Below are positions 13,251 to 29,839 of a DNA stretch of 64,000 bases, in pieces. A program made the position numbers and the translations under genes. The notes under the pieces were generated by a model. It searched no databases, was not told where the DNA came from, and saw only the letters and a program-made list of their open reading frames with translations. This DNA comes from the human T2T-CHM13v2.0 reference genome, Homo sapiens. Every line of letters starts with the position of its first letter. The stretch's first letter is position 1. The DNA lies in NCBI RefSeq assembly GCF_009914755.1, contig NC_060927.1; one strand, 5' to 3'.

Positions 13251-16093
13251 AACCGGTTTAAATGTATAATAATTCTCATATATCTGGATTAATTTATACC
13301 AAATTTCCACATACTACTCTTACATGTCTTACTTTTAATTCTTTTTCTACCTTCTTTCTTGCTTGAAATGCTTGAATCCTTGTCTATTTTTAGAAATTTC
13401 ACTTCCTGCTTATTATCTTAAAAATTATTTCAGTCCTTTCCATGTATCTATTAGATTTAGCAAATATAAAGCCAGTCCTTGTAAATATTAAATGCCCAAG
13501 GAAACTGCAAGTCCGATTACCCTTTTCCAATTTACATTCTGCCATTACTAAGAATTTTGGTTTTAGCCTGCTTTTCCTCAAAATTAAACAATATAACTAT
13601 AATTTTATACAACCAATTATATAACCAATTATTGCCATTATGTGTATGTATATATTTTTATGTATGTATAATTTTACTTTGCTGTGTTTAGGTGTGGGTT
13701 TCATTTTATATATCTTTCTTGGGGTTCTTGGATCTATCGGTGTTTTTCATCAGTGGAAAATAATCAGCCATTAATTCTTTCAACTTTGCCTCTTTCCCAT
13801 TCTTTCATTCATCTTTTTTTCTGAAATTCTGATTATATTCATTAGATTCCCTTACTCTAACCTCCATAGCTCTTAATTTATCATGATTTCTATGCAATTT
13901 TTTTATTCTCTGGCCGCATGCTGGATCCCATCTCTTTGGATATAACTTTTAGTTAGCTAATTCTGTCTCCCACGTTATGTGAGAAAAAAAAGTCAGTATT
14001 TTAGGATCTTTTGAGTTTATTTCAACTGTGTATTATTTGTTTGTTTTTCTGTTTTCACCTATAGTGGCTTGTTTCTTTGTATTATATTTTGTAATTCTTG
14101 ACTCTTGAGCTGTTTATTTACCTAGGAATTTTTTCTGTGGAAATGATTTGAGTCATAGATTGAAGTTAAGAATTACAGTTGCATTTGCCGGTTGCTTGTG
14201 AGGAGAGAGCAATTAAAAACCTAAAACACTTTAAATCATCTTTTAGAGGCTTATGTATCTATGTTAGTACCCAAATTCAGACTGGAATACTGATTGAGCA
14301 TTGTCTATGATTCTGACTTTTCAAGGAAGATTTCTTTGTTCTAGTAACTGATGAATATGTCTGGCTTTGCTTTACTGAGCTCCATTGCTTAGTTCTCAGT
14401 CACCACTATATTTTGCTTATAACTTCTTGGGGTCTTATCTAATGGGCATTTCCTATTACATGATACCCTTTTCTGGCACATAGCTTTATTTCCTGATATC
14501 CACACACCGAAAAGTTGCATAAATAAAATCTCAATTCTCCATAGTTACACAGAGGTATTTAAAGTGGAGGCAAACTTTGGCACTTGCTACTTTTCCAGGA
14601 ATATATATCACATAAAGAAATATACACATATGTTTAATATGTGATTCAGCAATTTAATCATTTTAGATGAGAGAGTTTTTCACATCTCTTTACTGAGATG
14701 TAAAGGTACTGAATGGTGGGTCATGTGGTCAATTTAAGGTGTCATGAATCATATTTTAGGAAATAGAATCAAATAGAACAAAATGGAATAGAATAGAAAA
14801 TATCAGCATGCATTACACATAATAATAGTAGTATTGTTTGGTGAAAAAAATTGTATTTTCTTCTCTCCCTTCCCTTCCCTCTGCCTATTTCTCTCTCCCT
14901 CTCTTTTTTTCTCTCTATGGCCTTTTCTCTTTCTCTTTCTTTCGTTTAGATTTAAATGATTTTAAAACTGTTTGTTGTACACAGCAAATGTAAAAACAAA
15001 TGTAAGACATTTAATATGCCTTTGGACAGCTATTAATAGTATATTACAGGATTATTTTGTAATCTTCTTCCTTACTCGCATGTCTTAGAATATGTGTTTA
15101 TTTAAGCTCACTCAACCTTATTTGAGAAAATTGGAATTCTCTGAGTTCCTATAAAATAATTATGTTTTTTTCTCATGAAATCATAAATATTGTTATTTGG
15201 ACCCAAGTGCATTATTTTAGAGATGTAATTTCTTTTTTAAAATAATAAGATCACAATAATCACAGAATGTATTTTCTACTGTTATGGTTGAGAAACTGTC
15301 ATGAACATTGGCTCTATTACTGAAGCTGTTTTGCAAGAGCCGTAGCAGATTTAGAGGCAAAGCAAATGATGAGCATCATAGGCATAAAGCCCGTGTGAAA
15401 CACTAATTCCATCATCTCTCCAGCTTTCTGCAAAGGAAATTTCTTTGCAGATTCCATCAGACCATCTCTCCCAGACTTTGCTACTATTCCTGAGTAGAAG
15501 CTCCCAAAGACTGTTCTAAGAGGACCCAGGGTTTTCCCCTTCGGAGGGTGTTATATTCTCTGTGACTGCATAGCGCATCTTGTGACAAGAAGATGTGGGA
15601 TGGCTTTCCCTGGAGTGCGACCTATTCTGGGTAGCCACCCACATCCTCATGAATATTTACGTTCCGGCTCTGGCACTGCTGGCTCATCCGTGTCCCACTC
15701 TGGGAAACAATGCATAATGGATCACCACTTCTGCCTCTCTCTCTCTCCCCTCCGCAAACACAGGATGCCTCTCTGATTTATTTATTTCTATAATGCATGC
15801 CAGGAAGGGAAAGCACTGCAGACTGCATCGTTCAGCAATTCTCTGGGATTTTACAATCACACTCTATTAGTTTTCCTCACTGAATTCCATGACATTGACC
15901 TAGCTGACTTTCTTAATAGGAAAAGCAGGTTTCTAGATGTTATAACTGAGTGTAGTGAAAAAAGAAAATTTAAACTATTCAGTTAAAACTTATGATTTCT
16001 AGCTATACCAGTAACTATGCCTGGGGGAGGAGGGAGAAATATTGTTCTCCAGTCTATGAATTTATTTTCTCAGCTGTGAAATGGGAATACACC

Positions 16094-16567
16094 CAAGGTA
16101 AGAGATGGGACTCAACTCCAGAGGTGAGGCTCAGACTCTGAACCACATTGAAGACTAGCTGAAACGGGAGAGAGGCGAAAGCACCTTTCCATAAGACACA
16201 CCCGTCAGTGCCATAGCAGTTTACCATTGACATGGCAACATCTGGAAGTTGCTGCCCCTTTCCCTGGCAACAACCCAGAAGTTACCACCCTTTTTCTAAA
16301 AAGTTTTGCATAATCCACCCCTTAATTTGTATGTAATTAAAAGTGGGTATAAATATGAGTGCAGAACCGCCCCTGAGCTACTTTGGGCACACTGCTTATG
16401 GGGTAGTCCTACTCCACAAGGAACGATACCTCTGCTGCTGCTGAGCACTGCTACTTCAATAAAAGTTGCTGACTAACACCACTGCTTGCCCTTGAATTCT
16501 TTCCTGGGTGAATCCAAGAACTCTCCCAGACTAAGCCCCAGTCTTGGGTCTTACCTGTCCTGCATCA
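16094..16567 (+). mobile_element. ERV1 solo LTR (MER41-like), inserted in a MIR
   Basis: Repeated catggcaac...gaagtt motifs, TATA-like gggtataaata (~16345), AATAAA (~16458) and a ...tgcatca end. MIR-like sequence on both sides. Subfamily uncertain. Confidence 0.65.
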
Positions 16568-17933
16568 AACCCACTTTGGTTCCCTCATAGGAATATTGTA
16601 AGGATTATGGGAAAATATTGTCATATTCTTGTATAAAAATGAGCTAGAAACGCTGACAAGTGTTAAAGAGTTAAGCGGAAAGCCTTAGAGAGCTTTGTAA
16701 AGAATAGGTAATTCACATTTTGAGCTTAAGTGTTCTCATCCACAATGTGGGAAAAATAATATTCCTACATAGAAGTTTTTTTAAAGAATTAAATAGGTTA
16801 ATATGTGTATATTACTTAAAAGAGTATCTGTACATAGTTACCTCTCAGAAACTGCTAGTTCATATGAGAAATATATAAGCATTCAGCATTGTAATTGTTT
16901 CTGGACCTCTAATGGGTTATAAAGATATAAGCTTCTGGATGACAAAGATGTTTCTATACAAAGCATAGAACATTTTGACAGTGAGTGGGAACATGAAAGC
17001 TCTCAAGCTTAAAATGGAACCGTAAGCCTAAAGGATAAGATGTGACCCACATTTCTTTTCACTCCTCAGTAAACTGTTATTTTGTTCTTTTCTCAGGAAA
17101 ACCCTCTATGATTAGTGTTTGATGATCTGTCTGTGGATCTGCTGGCAGCCTTGTGACTTGCATTCTCTTTAAGATTTCTTTAACGAGGTAGCTTACTAAG
17201 TGCTGTCATATTTCATAATTCCTTCCAGGAAACTGTTCCCTGAGATGTTGCCAGGCAGTGTTGTCCCCTTTTTCTAAACTTCTGAATGTGTTCACTTAAT
17301 GATATAATCCTTTGATGAACAGGATAGTCACAAACATCAATTTTAATTATGTAGTTTGCATATGGAGAGTGATGCTCCAGGGTAAACTTTGGCTGTGAAC
17401 CTGTTCACCTAAATCATTTTATTTATTTTTCCTGTATGGCATATAACATTCTGAGATGCACTAGAATCACGGCTTAGGATTTATATATTTCTTCAGCACA
17501 CTATGTTTTGAGATGTGACTTGGAGGGAGATAGAATGCATCCTGAAGCTCTATTCCAGTCAAATAGTCAATTTTACTTCTGCCTTTTAGCTTCCCTGGAC
17601 TGTTTTGGATTCAGTTTTACCTTGTGAAAGCTAGCAGCCATACTTAGTTTCCTCTGGTCTTCCAAGGCATAGCAATTGTAGGCTTAATAGAATTATATCA
17701 ACTCTCTTAAGTCCTTTCACCAGTGGCTGCTACCTTATTGTGGTCTGGAATTCTACTTTCTTTTCTGATGTCCTTCCCTTCTTCAGAAAGGAAGTGATTC
17801 CCATCCTCATTTTATCTTTTTATGGTCTTTCTTCCTCTTGGTATTCCTGCAATTTCTACTACAGTATTTGTTGGATTCATTATTAAAACAGCAATAAAAT
17901 GGAGTAAGCATGATGAAAGTAAAAAAGACAACC

Positions 17934-18238
17934 AGCCGGGCGCGGTGGCTCATGCCTGTAATCCCAGCATTTTGGGAGGCCGAGGCAGGCGGATCACGAG
18001 GTCAGGAGATCGAGACCATCCCGGCTAACATGGTGAAACCCCATCTCTACTAAAAATACAAAAAATTAGCCGGGCGTGTGGCAGGCGCCTGTAGTCCCAG
18101 CTACTTGGGAGGCTGAGGCAGGAGAATCGGTTTGAATCCAGGAGGCAGAGGTTGCAGTGAGCCGAGATTGCACCACTGCACTCCAGCCTGGGCGACAGAG
18201 CGAGACTATGTCTAAAAAAAAAAAAAAAAAAAAAAAAA
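17934..18238 (+). mobile_element. Alu (AluSc/old Y-like)
   Basis: Full dimer with a long A tail. TSD aaaaaagacaacca on both sides. Confidence 0.92.
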
Positions 18239-18657
18239 GACAACCAAGGAACAATTGCAAGTTTTCACAATTATAGAATTGGAGACCTGAATGACGCCTC
18301 AAGGAGTGGATATGTGTAGAAAAAGCATTGCCATTTACATGATTTCCCCTTTTTACATAAATATCAAGCATTTACAAAATATCAGATCCAGATAAAACCT
18401 TACAGGTTACTCAGCTCATCTTCCTTAGTCAATCAAAAATATTTATTGATTTTCTACTGTGTGTTGGGCAGTGTTCTTTGATATTGAGATCCGGTAGTGA
18501 ACAAGATAGGGAAAGTTCTGGTTCCTGTGGGGTTTATACTTTTTGAGTGCAGAGGGATATTAGATAGTTTTTTAAAATAAATAATTGCATGTAACTTTTA
18601 ATCCTGAAGAAGTAGCTAAATTAGGCTAAAAAAGCTTCTTTAATAAGGGATATTTGA

Positions 18658-19172
<515 letters not shown>

Positions 19173-19765
19173 TCACAGGACATAGGGCCTTGTCGTGCCT
19201 GGTAATTGTACATGGTTGTGTTGTTTCCTGAGATGCTAAATGCTTGCTGGAGAGTAGATTCTGGTGGTAAGGCTATGGGATAAGATGTAGGAAGGAAGTC
19301 AATATTTTTCTTACCAGTTGAGAAAACAACTTTAATAAAGGAGGTGATTTTCCATACAACTCTTTGCATAAATGAAAAAGGGATGGAAATGAGGCAACCT
19401 AATTTTCAGTTCTATTCTATTCCCAACACAATCCTCATTATGGTTAACTAAAGCTTTCCCAGTTCTCTCTATTATGCTTTCTGGCCCTTACTGATGCTGT
19501 GGCTCATTCAGAGAGGCTACTTATGTTTAGAAATGCATAAAATAAATGACATTTTTGCCAATCTTCTCTGATCATCTTGAATTTTCAGTAGATTTTAGTG
19601 CCTTTCTTTCCACATTACAGGCTATTCACTAAAAATAAGGTAGCAGTATTTTGGCCTACCTACTTAGAAAAGTCTTACCCAGTCCTGGTATGAAACTGTC
19701 CCTTTGGGAAGAACACAAGTCTATCAACTGCAGTCTGAATGTTATCCACAGTTGAGTCAAAGTTG

Positions 19766-19820
19766 TTAGGCTGGTGCAAACCTACTTGCAGTTTTTGGAA
19801 CTACGTTTGTACCAACCTAA
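19766..19820. mobile_element. MADE1 (Hsmar1-derived MITE) remnant
   Basis: Inverted termini ttaggctggtgcaaa ... tttgtaccaacctaa followed by TA; internally shortened. Confidence 0.75.
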
Positions 19821-20427
19821 TACATGGTGAAATAATTACACATTTGCTTGATTTAAATAGTTCAGTATTTTAAAAGTAATCTCTTTTTTTCTGGCTGGCG
19901 CTGCACTGTGTTAAATCAGAGGTCTTATGGTGAAATATATACTACAATGTAGAAAACATAGAGCGCTTCTAAAATGTTCCATTAAAAACAATTAAGAGGC
20001 TATTAGCTCTTACACATAAAAATAATGCAACTATTAATCTTCATACTTAAATGCTGACAGTTGAAAAGAAACCACTGAAACCACAGGATAGTTGTCTAAA
20101 AGAGGAAGAAAAAAGTGTTTCTTCTGCACTTCATACAATATATGCAGAATAATTTTGTTTTTTGCATACTTTTCCACAAATACGTTAGAATCATAAAAGA
20201 CTTGAAGTAGAACTTAGAACTTTAACTCGCTTTAGAACTCATTTAACTTAGAATCATGCATTTTAAGATGCCCATTTTACAAATGAGGCAATTAATACCC
20301 AGAAATAAGGTACTTCTCAAGGTCCCATAGCAAGCTGGTGGTATGTCAGGATAAGAATCAGCTCTGCTACTGTTCACAAGGCTCATTTTCCCTGATTCCC
20401 CTTTTTCCTTAGAAAGTCTTCATTTTT

Positions 20428-20732
20428 GGCCAGGTGTGGTGGTTTGATCCTGTAATCCCAGCACTTTGGGAGGCCGAGGCAGGCAGATCACGAGGTCAGG
20501 AGATCGAGACCCTCCTGGTCAACACAAAGAAATCCTGTCTCTACTAAAAAAATAAAAAATAAAAAAAATTAGCTGGGCATTGTGGCACACACCTGTAGTC
20601 CCAGCTACTTGGGAGGCTGAGGCAGGAGAATCACTTGAACTGGGAGGTGGAGGTTATAGTTAGCTGATATTGCGCCATTGCACTCCAGCCTGGGGACAAA
20701 ACGAGAATCCGTCTCAAAAAAAAAAAAAAAAA
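20428..20732 (+). mobile_element. Alu (AluSc-like)
   Basis: Full dimer with A tail. TSD agaaagtcttcatttt / agaaagtgttcatttt. Confidence 0.9.
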
Positions 20733-21268
20733 GAAAGTGTTCATTTTCTTCAGAAATTGAATATCAGAATACCATAGTCTATATTTCAGTAAAGGATGAG
20801 ATACTTAAAAATTATTCATGGAAACAAATCCTATTAAAATACAGATATTAGTTATTTTATAGATAATAAATTTTATCTCATGAGATAACAGAAACATCAG
20901 GATTTTTCCATGAAAAATAGTTAGGAGAACTATTTTTCTAGTTCTTTAGAAATTTATTTTAATTAAAGACATAAATTATATGCCCTTGGGGACTTTCTTT
21001 GTGCTGTTACTTCTAATGGTCCAGATCTTCACATGGCTGTCACTTTATAATGGCTGTACTGAATCATTAGACATTTCCTCATGATTAAGCTTGAAAAAGG
21101 ATCTTTTCTTTTTAATAATATTTTCAAAAAAATAAGCCTTGGGCTGAAAGTTAATTGATACATCAACCGTATTAACAGGCACTGTAGCACAGCAGAATGA
21201 AAAGAACATTAATGCAGATAAACAGAGTATTATCATTTTACAATTACCCTTGAGCATCATGAATTTGA

Positions 21269-21587
<319 letters not shown>

Positions 21588-24500
21588 CTTCCTTTTTTTT
21601 TTTTTTTTTTTTTTTTTAAATGAAGATGATTTATTTTTATGCAGAGAAAAAAATCTGCTAATAAAACAGCCACTAATAGTTTGTAGTGTTTCCTGCAAGG
21701 CAACAGTTCATCATACTTAGACAGTGTTTCATAGATGTGCAAAATGTCTTTATGTGATTACTTTATTTATTCCTTTCAACAATCCTGGAGGATTGTAAAA
21801 CACAGATTTTTATTTCTATTATATAGGTGGGGAAACAAATTTAGAAAATGATAAAATGATCTGCCATAAAGAAGCGGAGAAGCTGAGACTTTTGGTTGGA
21901 TCTTATTTCCCTGTTCATTTCACCATATCATAGCACTCCTGACTCTTAGAATCTCCCAGGATTTAAGATTTTAAATCTATGGTTATCAGAATCACAATGT
22001 GTTAGATCTCTATTCCCAACTCAAAAATTTTTCTGGACAGTGCTGCAAGGTATAAATGAAATAGTATTAGTTGGGGAGATCTTGGTTCCAGTTCAAATTT
22101 AATGGGAGAAAATCACCAAATTTTAGGGTTATGGATCCATCCATTAAATGAGTGACATTCATCAAAAGATTTCTGGTACCTCTACTGCTAAGACAGCTGG
22201 GTCAACTTTCACAGACTTTTCGTTTCTAACGGAAGACTAACGGATTCCTAACAAGGTAGAGCGCAACAAGGCAGCGTGGATAAATCCCCAGTCAGGCTGG
22301 TGGACACTACTCTTTTTTATGAAGCTAATGTTCTAGGTCTTATGATAGAGAAAGTAATATCTACTAAGAAGGACTGGAGCTGTCAGAGCTGAGCAGACCT
22401 TTATAGCCAGAAGCATTTTCTATTTGAAGTGATTATGAAACTGAAAATACAATATTTATTTGTTCCATCAAAGGTTCACCATTGGTGTACCTTGTGTATT
22501 AATAACCCATACAAAGATTTTCCCTGCTTTTCTTACACACTGCTAATAAAAATAATAATAAGTTAACCCAGTCCTATTTTTCTTCCTTAGGTTATTTTGC
22601 CATAATTGAAAAATTTCATCTGATGATGATCTTTGTGAAAATGTTTAAGCTCCATGTCTTCCTCTGCCTACGAAAGTAATGAGCTGAAACACTGGATCAT
22701 GCAAGATGTAATGCTAGGCAGAGTTAAGTGTTAGGGAGTATAGAAATACTGACATGTACACACACAGACACATTAAGCATGCATTCTTAACTACCAGTAA
22801 TGGTGGTTGTACATATGTTTAGCATAAGGGCAATATGTATCAGTAATGTACAATTTTAGCATTTCAGTATGCAGTTTATTGTTTTGCTTGTTCATTTGTT
22901 TAACTAGCCATTCTGTCCTAACTGTATGCATCTACATGCTCTAATAAAGTGTCCCTCTGTGTTTATTCTATTGGATTACGGCTAATTGTTTTGGTTTTCC
23001 AAAGCTGATTGTGGTAAGCAAGCCCAATCAAGATAATAGTACCAAGTAATATGAGTATTTTATTAAAATGAGAAAATATTAATACTGTATAGTTGTTAGT
23101 GGCAGATAAGCAGTGATGAAAGTGTTGGCCATATTGATTACTTATTAAGTTTCAGGAAACTGAGCAGTAATCCAGTAGTTATTGCCTATGGAATCTAATA
23201 TGAAAGCTACTTTTTACATCTTATTGATGATGTACTAAAGACTAAAATCTCTTATGTATCTGTGCAAGTAATTAGAAATTTAGACTTTGTATTTCTCCCA
23301 CCCACAAAACAGCCCAACTTTAAGGGTCAAGCAGAAATGTGATTCAGAGAGAAAAAAGCATAATTCCTATTTGGTTTCCTGGGCAGCCATCCAAGCAAAC
23401 CCTCCTCACTGCAGCTTTGAAGTATGACAAAGAAGTGGCAGCCCCAGGTAGTGTAGCAGCAAGATGCCTTCACACTGCAGGAGAATCTCGTCAAGGCATA
23501 ACAGCTTGGTGAGAAATATTACTGAAGTGATTTGGAGTGATGGTGTTTCAGAAGGGAATTACTAAATAGAATTCAAAAGATCACCTAGGCTGACAGCTGT
23601 GATGAAGAGAGATTCTTTCCTCTGATGAAATCCCCTCATCTTTCTTTTAGTCCCTTACTCCCAGTTTTGTGACTTAGAATATCAGCAGAGTTCATTGAAC
23701 ATATCATGTGCTCGTTAAACAAAATAAGATGCTGCATTCTTATATTTTCCCTTTTTAATGCAAACTTTGTGAAATAGAACAAGATACCACATTTTTTTGT
23801 TCTCAATATTTCGATTATGAAAATGAAAAGTATACAGTTTTAAATTTAGACTTCTATTTAATTAAAAGATTTGTAAAGCCAAGTTTATATTTTTGTAAAT
23901 GTTTAAAGGAAAGAATGCAATGAATATAAACCTGAAGTCTTTTATTTGTGCATAAGAATATTCTTATAAACACCCAAACCAAATTAATCATTCTTATAGC
24001 AACAAAATATTCATATTTTTAAGGACCTAAAAGGGAGAATTTTAATGAAATCTAATTTATAGTATATTTAGTCATAAAATAGATAAATGTGATTACTTAA
24101 TATTTTCATAGCAATTTTATTACATTGTAGAGTGGAATGTCATTGACATAAAAGATACATCGAATGGAATATGACAGTGAAAAATGTAATATAAAAATTT
24201 ACAGGCATCTGTAAATAGTATACTTTTAACTTTCATGGGAACATAATTCAATTATAAGAAATCAGATCCCTTCCTAATATTACTTCTTCCATGACTGAAA
24301 ACAGGGCTTGTTTATCACCTATACATTAATATTCAATATCTAAAGGTAGGAACCACCAGAATATAACTTATTAAAATAAGTTTTTACTATCTTAATATGA
24401 TTATTTAGAAATTCATCTATTTTATCTACTTGAACAAAAGCTGCTTATGTGTGAGAATTATTGATTCTGTTCCTTCTGCCTGAATATCTTTGGCCTGGAA

Positions 24501-25153
24501 CCAAAGTACTGCTTCTCCTAAAATTCATTCAACAAACATTTTTAGACATATATTAAAATATTACTACACCATTCCTAAAACTCTATGATAAGTGACGATT
24601 ATTTTGAGTTAAGCATCTTATTACTCATTGGAATTACTGAGTGCATGTGCTCCCGTTATTAACTGAGATTGGTTTAAAGTAGGAACGTAGTTCCCAGATC
24701 TATTCTTTTTTTTTTAATGGAGATTTCTTGGGAGAAAAATCAATTAGTTTTGAAAAGTGGCATTTTGAGCACCATGGTGATTTTAAAGAGAAAGATATTT
24801 GGGAGTTAAAGGGTTGTCAATGTGTCGGGAGCTGCAGATTTTAGTAACGCTGCAGATTTTAGCAATGCTTAAGCTGGCTCTGGTTAGAGATATTATAGCT
24901 AAAAGAATGATAAGGAGAACAAGTCTGGTTTTCCTCTCAGGAGCAATTCTTCTCTGAGGTCATGATGGCCCAGAGTTTTACTTTTAATTTTACAAGTGCA
25001 GATAGTTTGTCTATGGGCTCCATCAAAAGCTATCAATTTTTGGAAATTGATTCACATTAATCACAATTATTTGAAATTGAGAGAAGCCAAATATATGTGG
25101 GAAATTAACTTTTCAGTGACTAAAAGGTTATATTTTGGTATTCAAGATTTGGT

Positions 25154-25508
<355 letters not shown>

Positions 25509-27501
25509 TCATCTTAATACCTACTTTTTGAGAGTTGATCATCGTATTTGGATGACTTGAAAATTATCTTTCTAGGTTTGGTAGATGGACAAGAATGAAA
25601 CTTGTTCCCATATAGATACATTATGCGCACATACTTTGTTATCTGCGTTTATACATACTATTTGTTGTTTTGTTTTTGTTAAAAATGGTTTGATGTGGCT
25701 TATACATGCAACATCAAATGAAGTGAAATTTTAAGTGCCTAGAGTTGTTATAACCACTTGACAGATATACATAAATAAAATCTTTTCTGTGTGTGTTTGT
25801 GTGTATATGTGTGTGTGTGTATGTGTGTGTATCCATTTCAACAGAGGGGTATGTGGATCCCCTTGTCTGCTTGTTTTACTTTAGCTCATGGTATGGGATC
25901 TAGGGCTAGACTAAAACTCAGATTCCAAGAGAATCAGATTCTCTGGTCCTCAATAATTCAATTCCAGGTTGAATTATTTATTTTTCTAAATAGTTAGAGA
26001 TTGATTGAACTGGTACAACTGATAGGCATTTATGAAAAAATTCTGCAATCTGAAAGAATGAGACATGTAATACTAAAGGGAGATAGAAGAAGAACATTTA
26101 TTTGTAGATTTACATTAGGAAACAAATCAATTTAACACAGCTTCTGGTTTTGCTGCCAATATAATTCAATAAACATAGAATCTATGAAATGAGTTCAAAG
26201 ATGAGATAAAACAACAATTTGAGAAAACAGACTGAGATAAAAAGGCAGCTGGCTGAGAGGCAGAAATAAAGAGAGAACCACATGAGATAAGAAACAGTGT
26301 GAAGAAACTAAAATTGCTATTACAAAGGGGCTTAGTATCTGTGGCTTAAAATGTCATCTGGCTAGAAGAACCTTAATAGATTTTGCTCAATTTTTTACTG
26401 AAAAATTTATAAATAACTTTTTATAATACAGAAAACAAAGGTTGATAGGAAACTAATTATTTAATCTGAGACAAAATAATTAATAGATATTTCAACTCAG
26501 AATAAAAAAAATATTGCTACATAGCTTTCTGCTCCAACCTTCCTCAGGACCTTTGCATTTGTTGTTTTCCTGCCTGGAATATTCTTCCTTTTACCCTACT
26601 CACTTTTAACAGATTGATGGTTTGACTGATTTGATTCTTCACATCTAGGTACAAAAGTCATATCCTTAGAGAAGGCTTTGCTAAGGACTAAAGTAGATCA
26701 GATAACTTTTTATGTTTTATCTTAACAATCAGCTAGTCTAAAAAGAAAACACTTATAATGGGAGCAGGAAATTTGTGTTTCTTCAGTAATCTAGCCACGA
26801 AACCCGGAATAGTGGTTATCTTTAAGAAGGCATTTAGTGAATATTCATTGACTAAATGAATTAATGATTACATGGCATTCATCAGAGCCTTATTAGTTGT
26901 GTTTATGTTTCTATATGTAGTTATTTGATTGCATCCCCCTTTGATCAATATTCTTTATGGGGTTATGGACATGACGTACTCTGTGTTTATTTTGATCACC
27001 ACTATATGTTGGCACCAAGCGGAATACTTGGCACACAGTAGACAATTAAATTATATATTTGTGGAATATTTATTGGGTATTGAACAAGCACTATAGGGAA
27101 AGGCAGAAACAGAAAGAGCCCTGGCAGGAATAGCCACTAGGAATTAGGGCTGTTCCAGAGTACTAGAAAGTCATTCTGTGAAGACAAGAGGAAGATGGTA
27201 CTACCGAAGAGCAGACATAACCTGGATAGAAGGCTGATGGAAACTTGGAGGTGTACATTTTAATCTGTTCTCCATTGGAGATCTGTAAATTGCATTTAGC
27301 AGCCGTATCAATAGATCGAGAATGAGACAAAAGCAATCCACTACCCCATTTGTTTAAAAATAGAACATCTGTACAGATTCCATATTATCTGAGGATACAT
27401 AAAGATTTTTTTAAAGGGGCCAATTAAAAACTACAGAACAAGAAAAATGAAGATTCACAATTACAGAATTCCTCTGAAAATAATTTATAAGCTGAACAAA
27501 A

Positions 27502-28555
<1,054 letters not shown>

Positions 28556-29532
28556 CAGAATATAGCACTAGGATATATAACTCCATGAATTAGAAACAGA
28601 CATCAAAAATGGTCTGAACTAAAAGGGCAACTCAATGTTATACAAAAGATAAACAGATGACATAGGAAAGGGATTGAAAAGAAAGTAAAATGTAGTAAAA
28701 GAAATAAGCTAGTATTGGACATGGTAAAAAAAATCAAAATTTATTCTGAGGGCATATGTATCAATAATATGAAGGGCAAATTTGGGGATTTCAGAATATC
28801 CTGAAAAAGTAATACTAAAATTATGAAAAAGAAGATCACAATTGTAGAAATTTTATTTTGGAAAACTAATGCACAGATTTTGGTAATTTTTGAATGAAAG
28901 TCTGAAATAAACGAATTGAAAACAATAGCAGAAGAGTAGTTTCTTTGACCTAAGATCTGACAATGCAGATCAAAAAATAGTAATATCTTGAAGGTTAAAC
29001 AATGGGAAAGCTATTTATGCCAATACATAAAAATTCTATATACATTGATAATTTTAAAAGAATGAAATTAGAAATGTATAAGCGTATCCTCTGATTTTCA
29101 GCAATATTAATAACATCTAGGAGAAATAATCAGTTTTGAGGAAAACTATTGTCATCCTAGATTTTTCATATGCTGCCAAGTAGTTCTTTCTGAATTGAGG
29201 AAACAGAAAGACTCTGAAAAATGTATTCACCAGAAAAAAATGACAATTGCATGTCCTTCTTAAACAAACCAGAAAATGCACTCCAAATAACTAACAAAGC
29301 AAATTTAAGAGACCAAGATAGGGATGGTGTAATCGCTAATAACAATGGTGTGCACATGTGCAGCTTACAGACAAAAAATTTACCAAAGAATTTTAAATCC
29401 CACATTATTTTAACAAATGTTTAAAACTGAATGAGGGAAGAGGAGAAATGAACGCTATAGTCAACTAATGGCTGAAATAAAAGAGTGCTAAAAATACAAT
29501 GTTTTACATTTGATTTCAATAATATTTACTGT

Positions 29533-29634
29533 GTCTCCTCCAAATGCAGTCGTGTTTACAACTGATTAGTCACAACCAGTTACAGATTTCTTTGTTCCTT
29601 CTCCACTCTCACTGCTTCACTTGATGAGCATTTT
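29533..29634 (+). pseudogene. Y3 RNA (RNY3-derived) pseudogene, left arm
   Basis: Matches hY3 RNA: gtgtttacaact...tcacaaccagttacagatttctttgttccttctccactc.cactgcttcacttga, ending in tttt. Confidence 0.9.
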
Positions 29635-29704
29635 ATATATATATATAATATATGATGAACATTATATGTGATGAACTTTATATATGATGAACAATATATA
29701 TATG

Positions 29705-29746
<42 letters not shown>
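29635..29746. repeat. TA-rich spacer with three tgatgaac units and (TA)n
   Basis: Direct inspection. Confidence 0.85.
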
Positions 29747-29748
<2 letters not shown>

Positions 29749-29839
29749 CAAGTGAAGCATTGAGAGTGGAGAAGGAACAAAGAAATCTGTAACTCGTTGT
29801 GACTAATCAGTTGGAAACACCACCACACTTGGACTAGAC
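29747..29839 (-). pseudogene. Y3 RNA pseudogene, right (inverted) arm
   Basis: tcaagtgaagcattgagagtggagaaggaacaaagaaatctgtaact... is the reverse complement of hY3 and lacks the last few 3' bases. Confidence 0.9.

Noticed and set aside
17080-17195. Possible cassette exon (ttcttttctcag ... gag|gtagct); a similar candidate lies at ~22590-22680
   Set aside because: Weak donors, no convincing reading frame, and such pseudo-exons are common in large introns.
22225-22256. Three ctaac(gg/aa) words resembling MYB sites
   Set aside because: Short motifs with no independent support.
24830-24870. 18-bp tandem duplication gctgcagattttag(t/c)aa(c/t)
   Set aside because: Common micro-duplication with no further structure.
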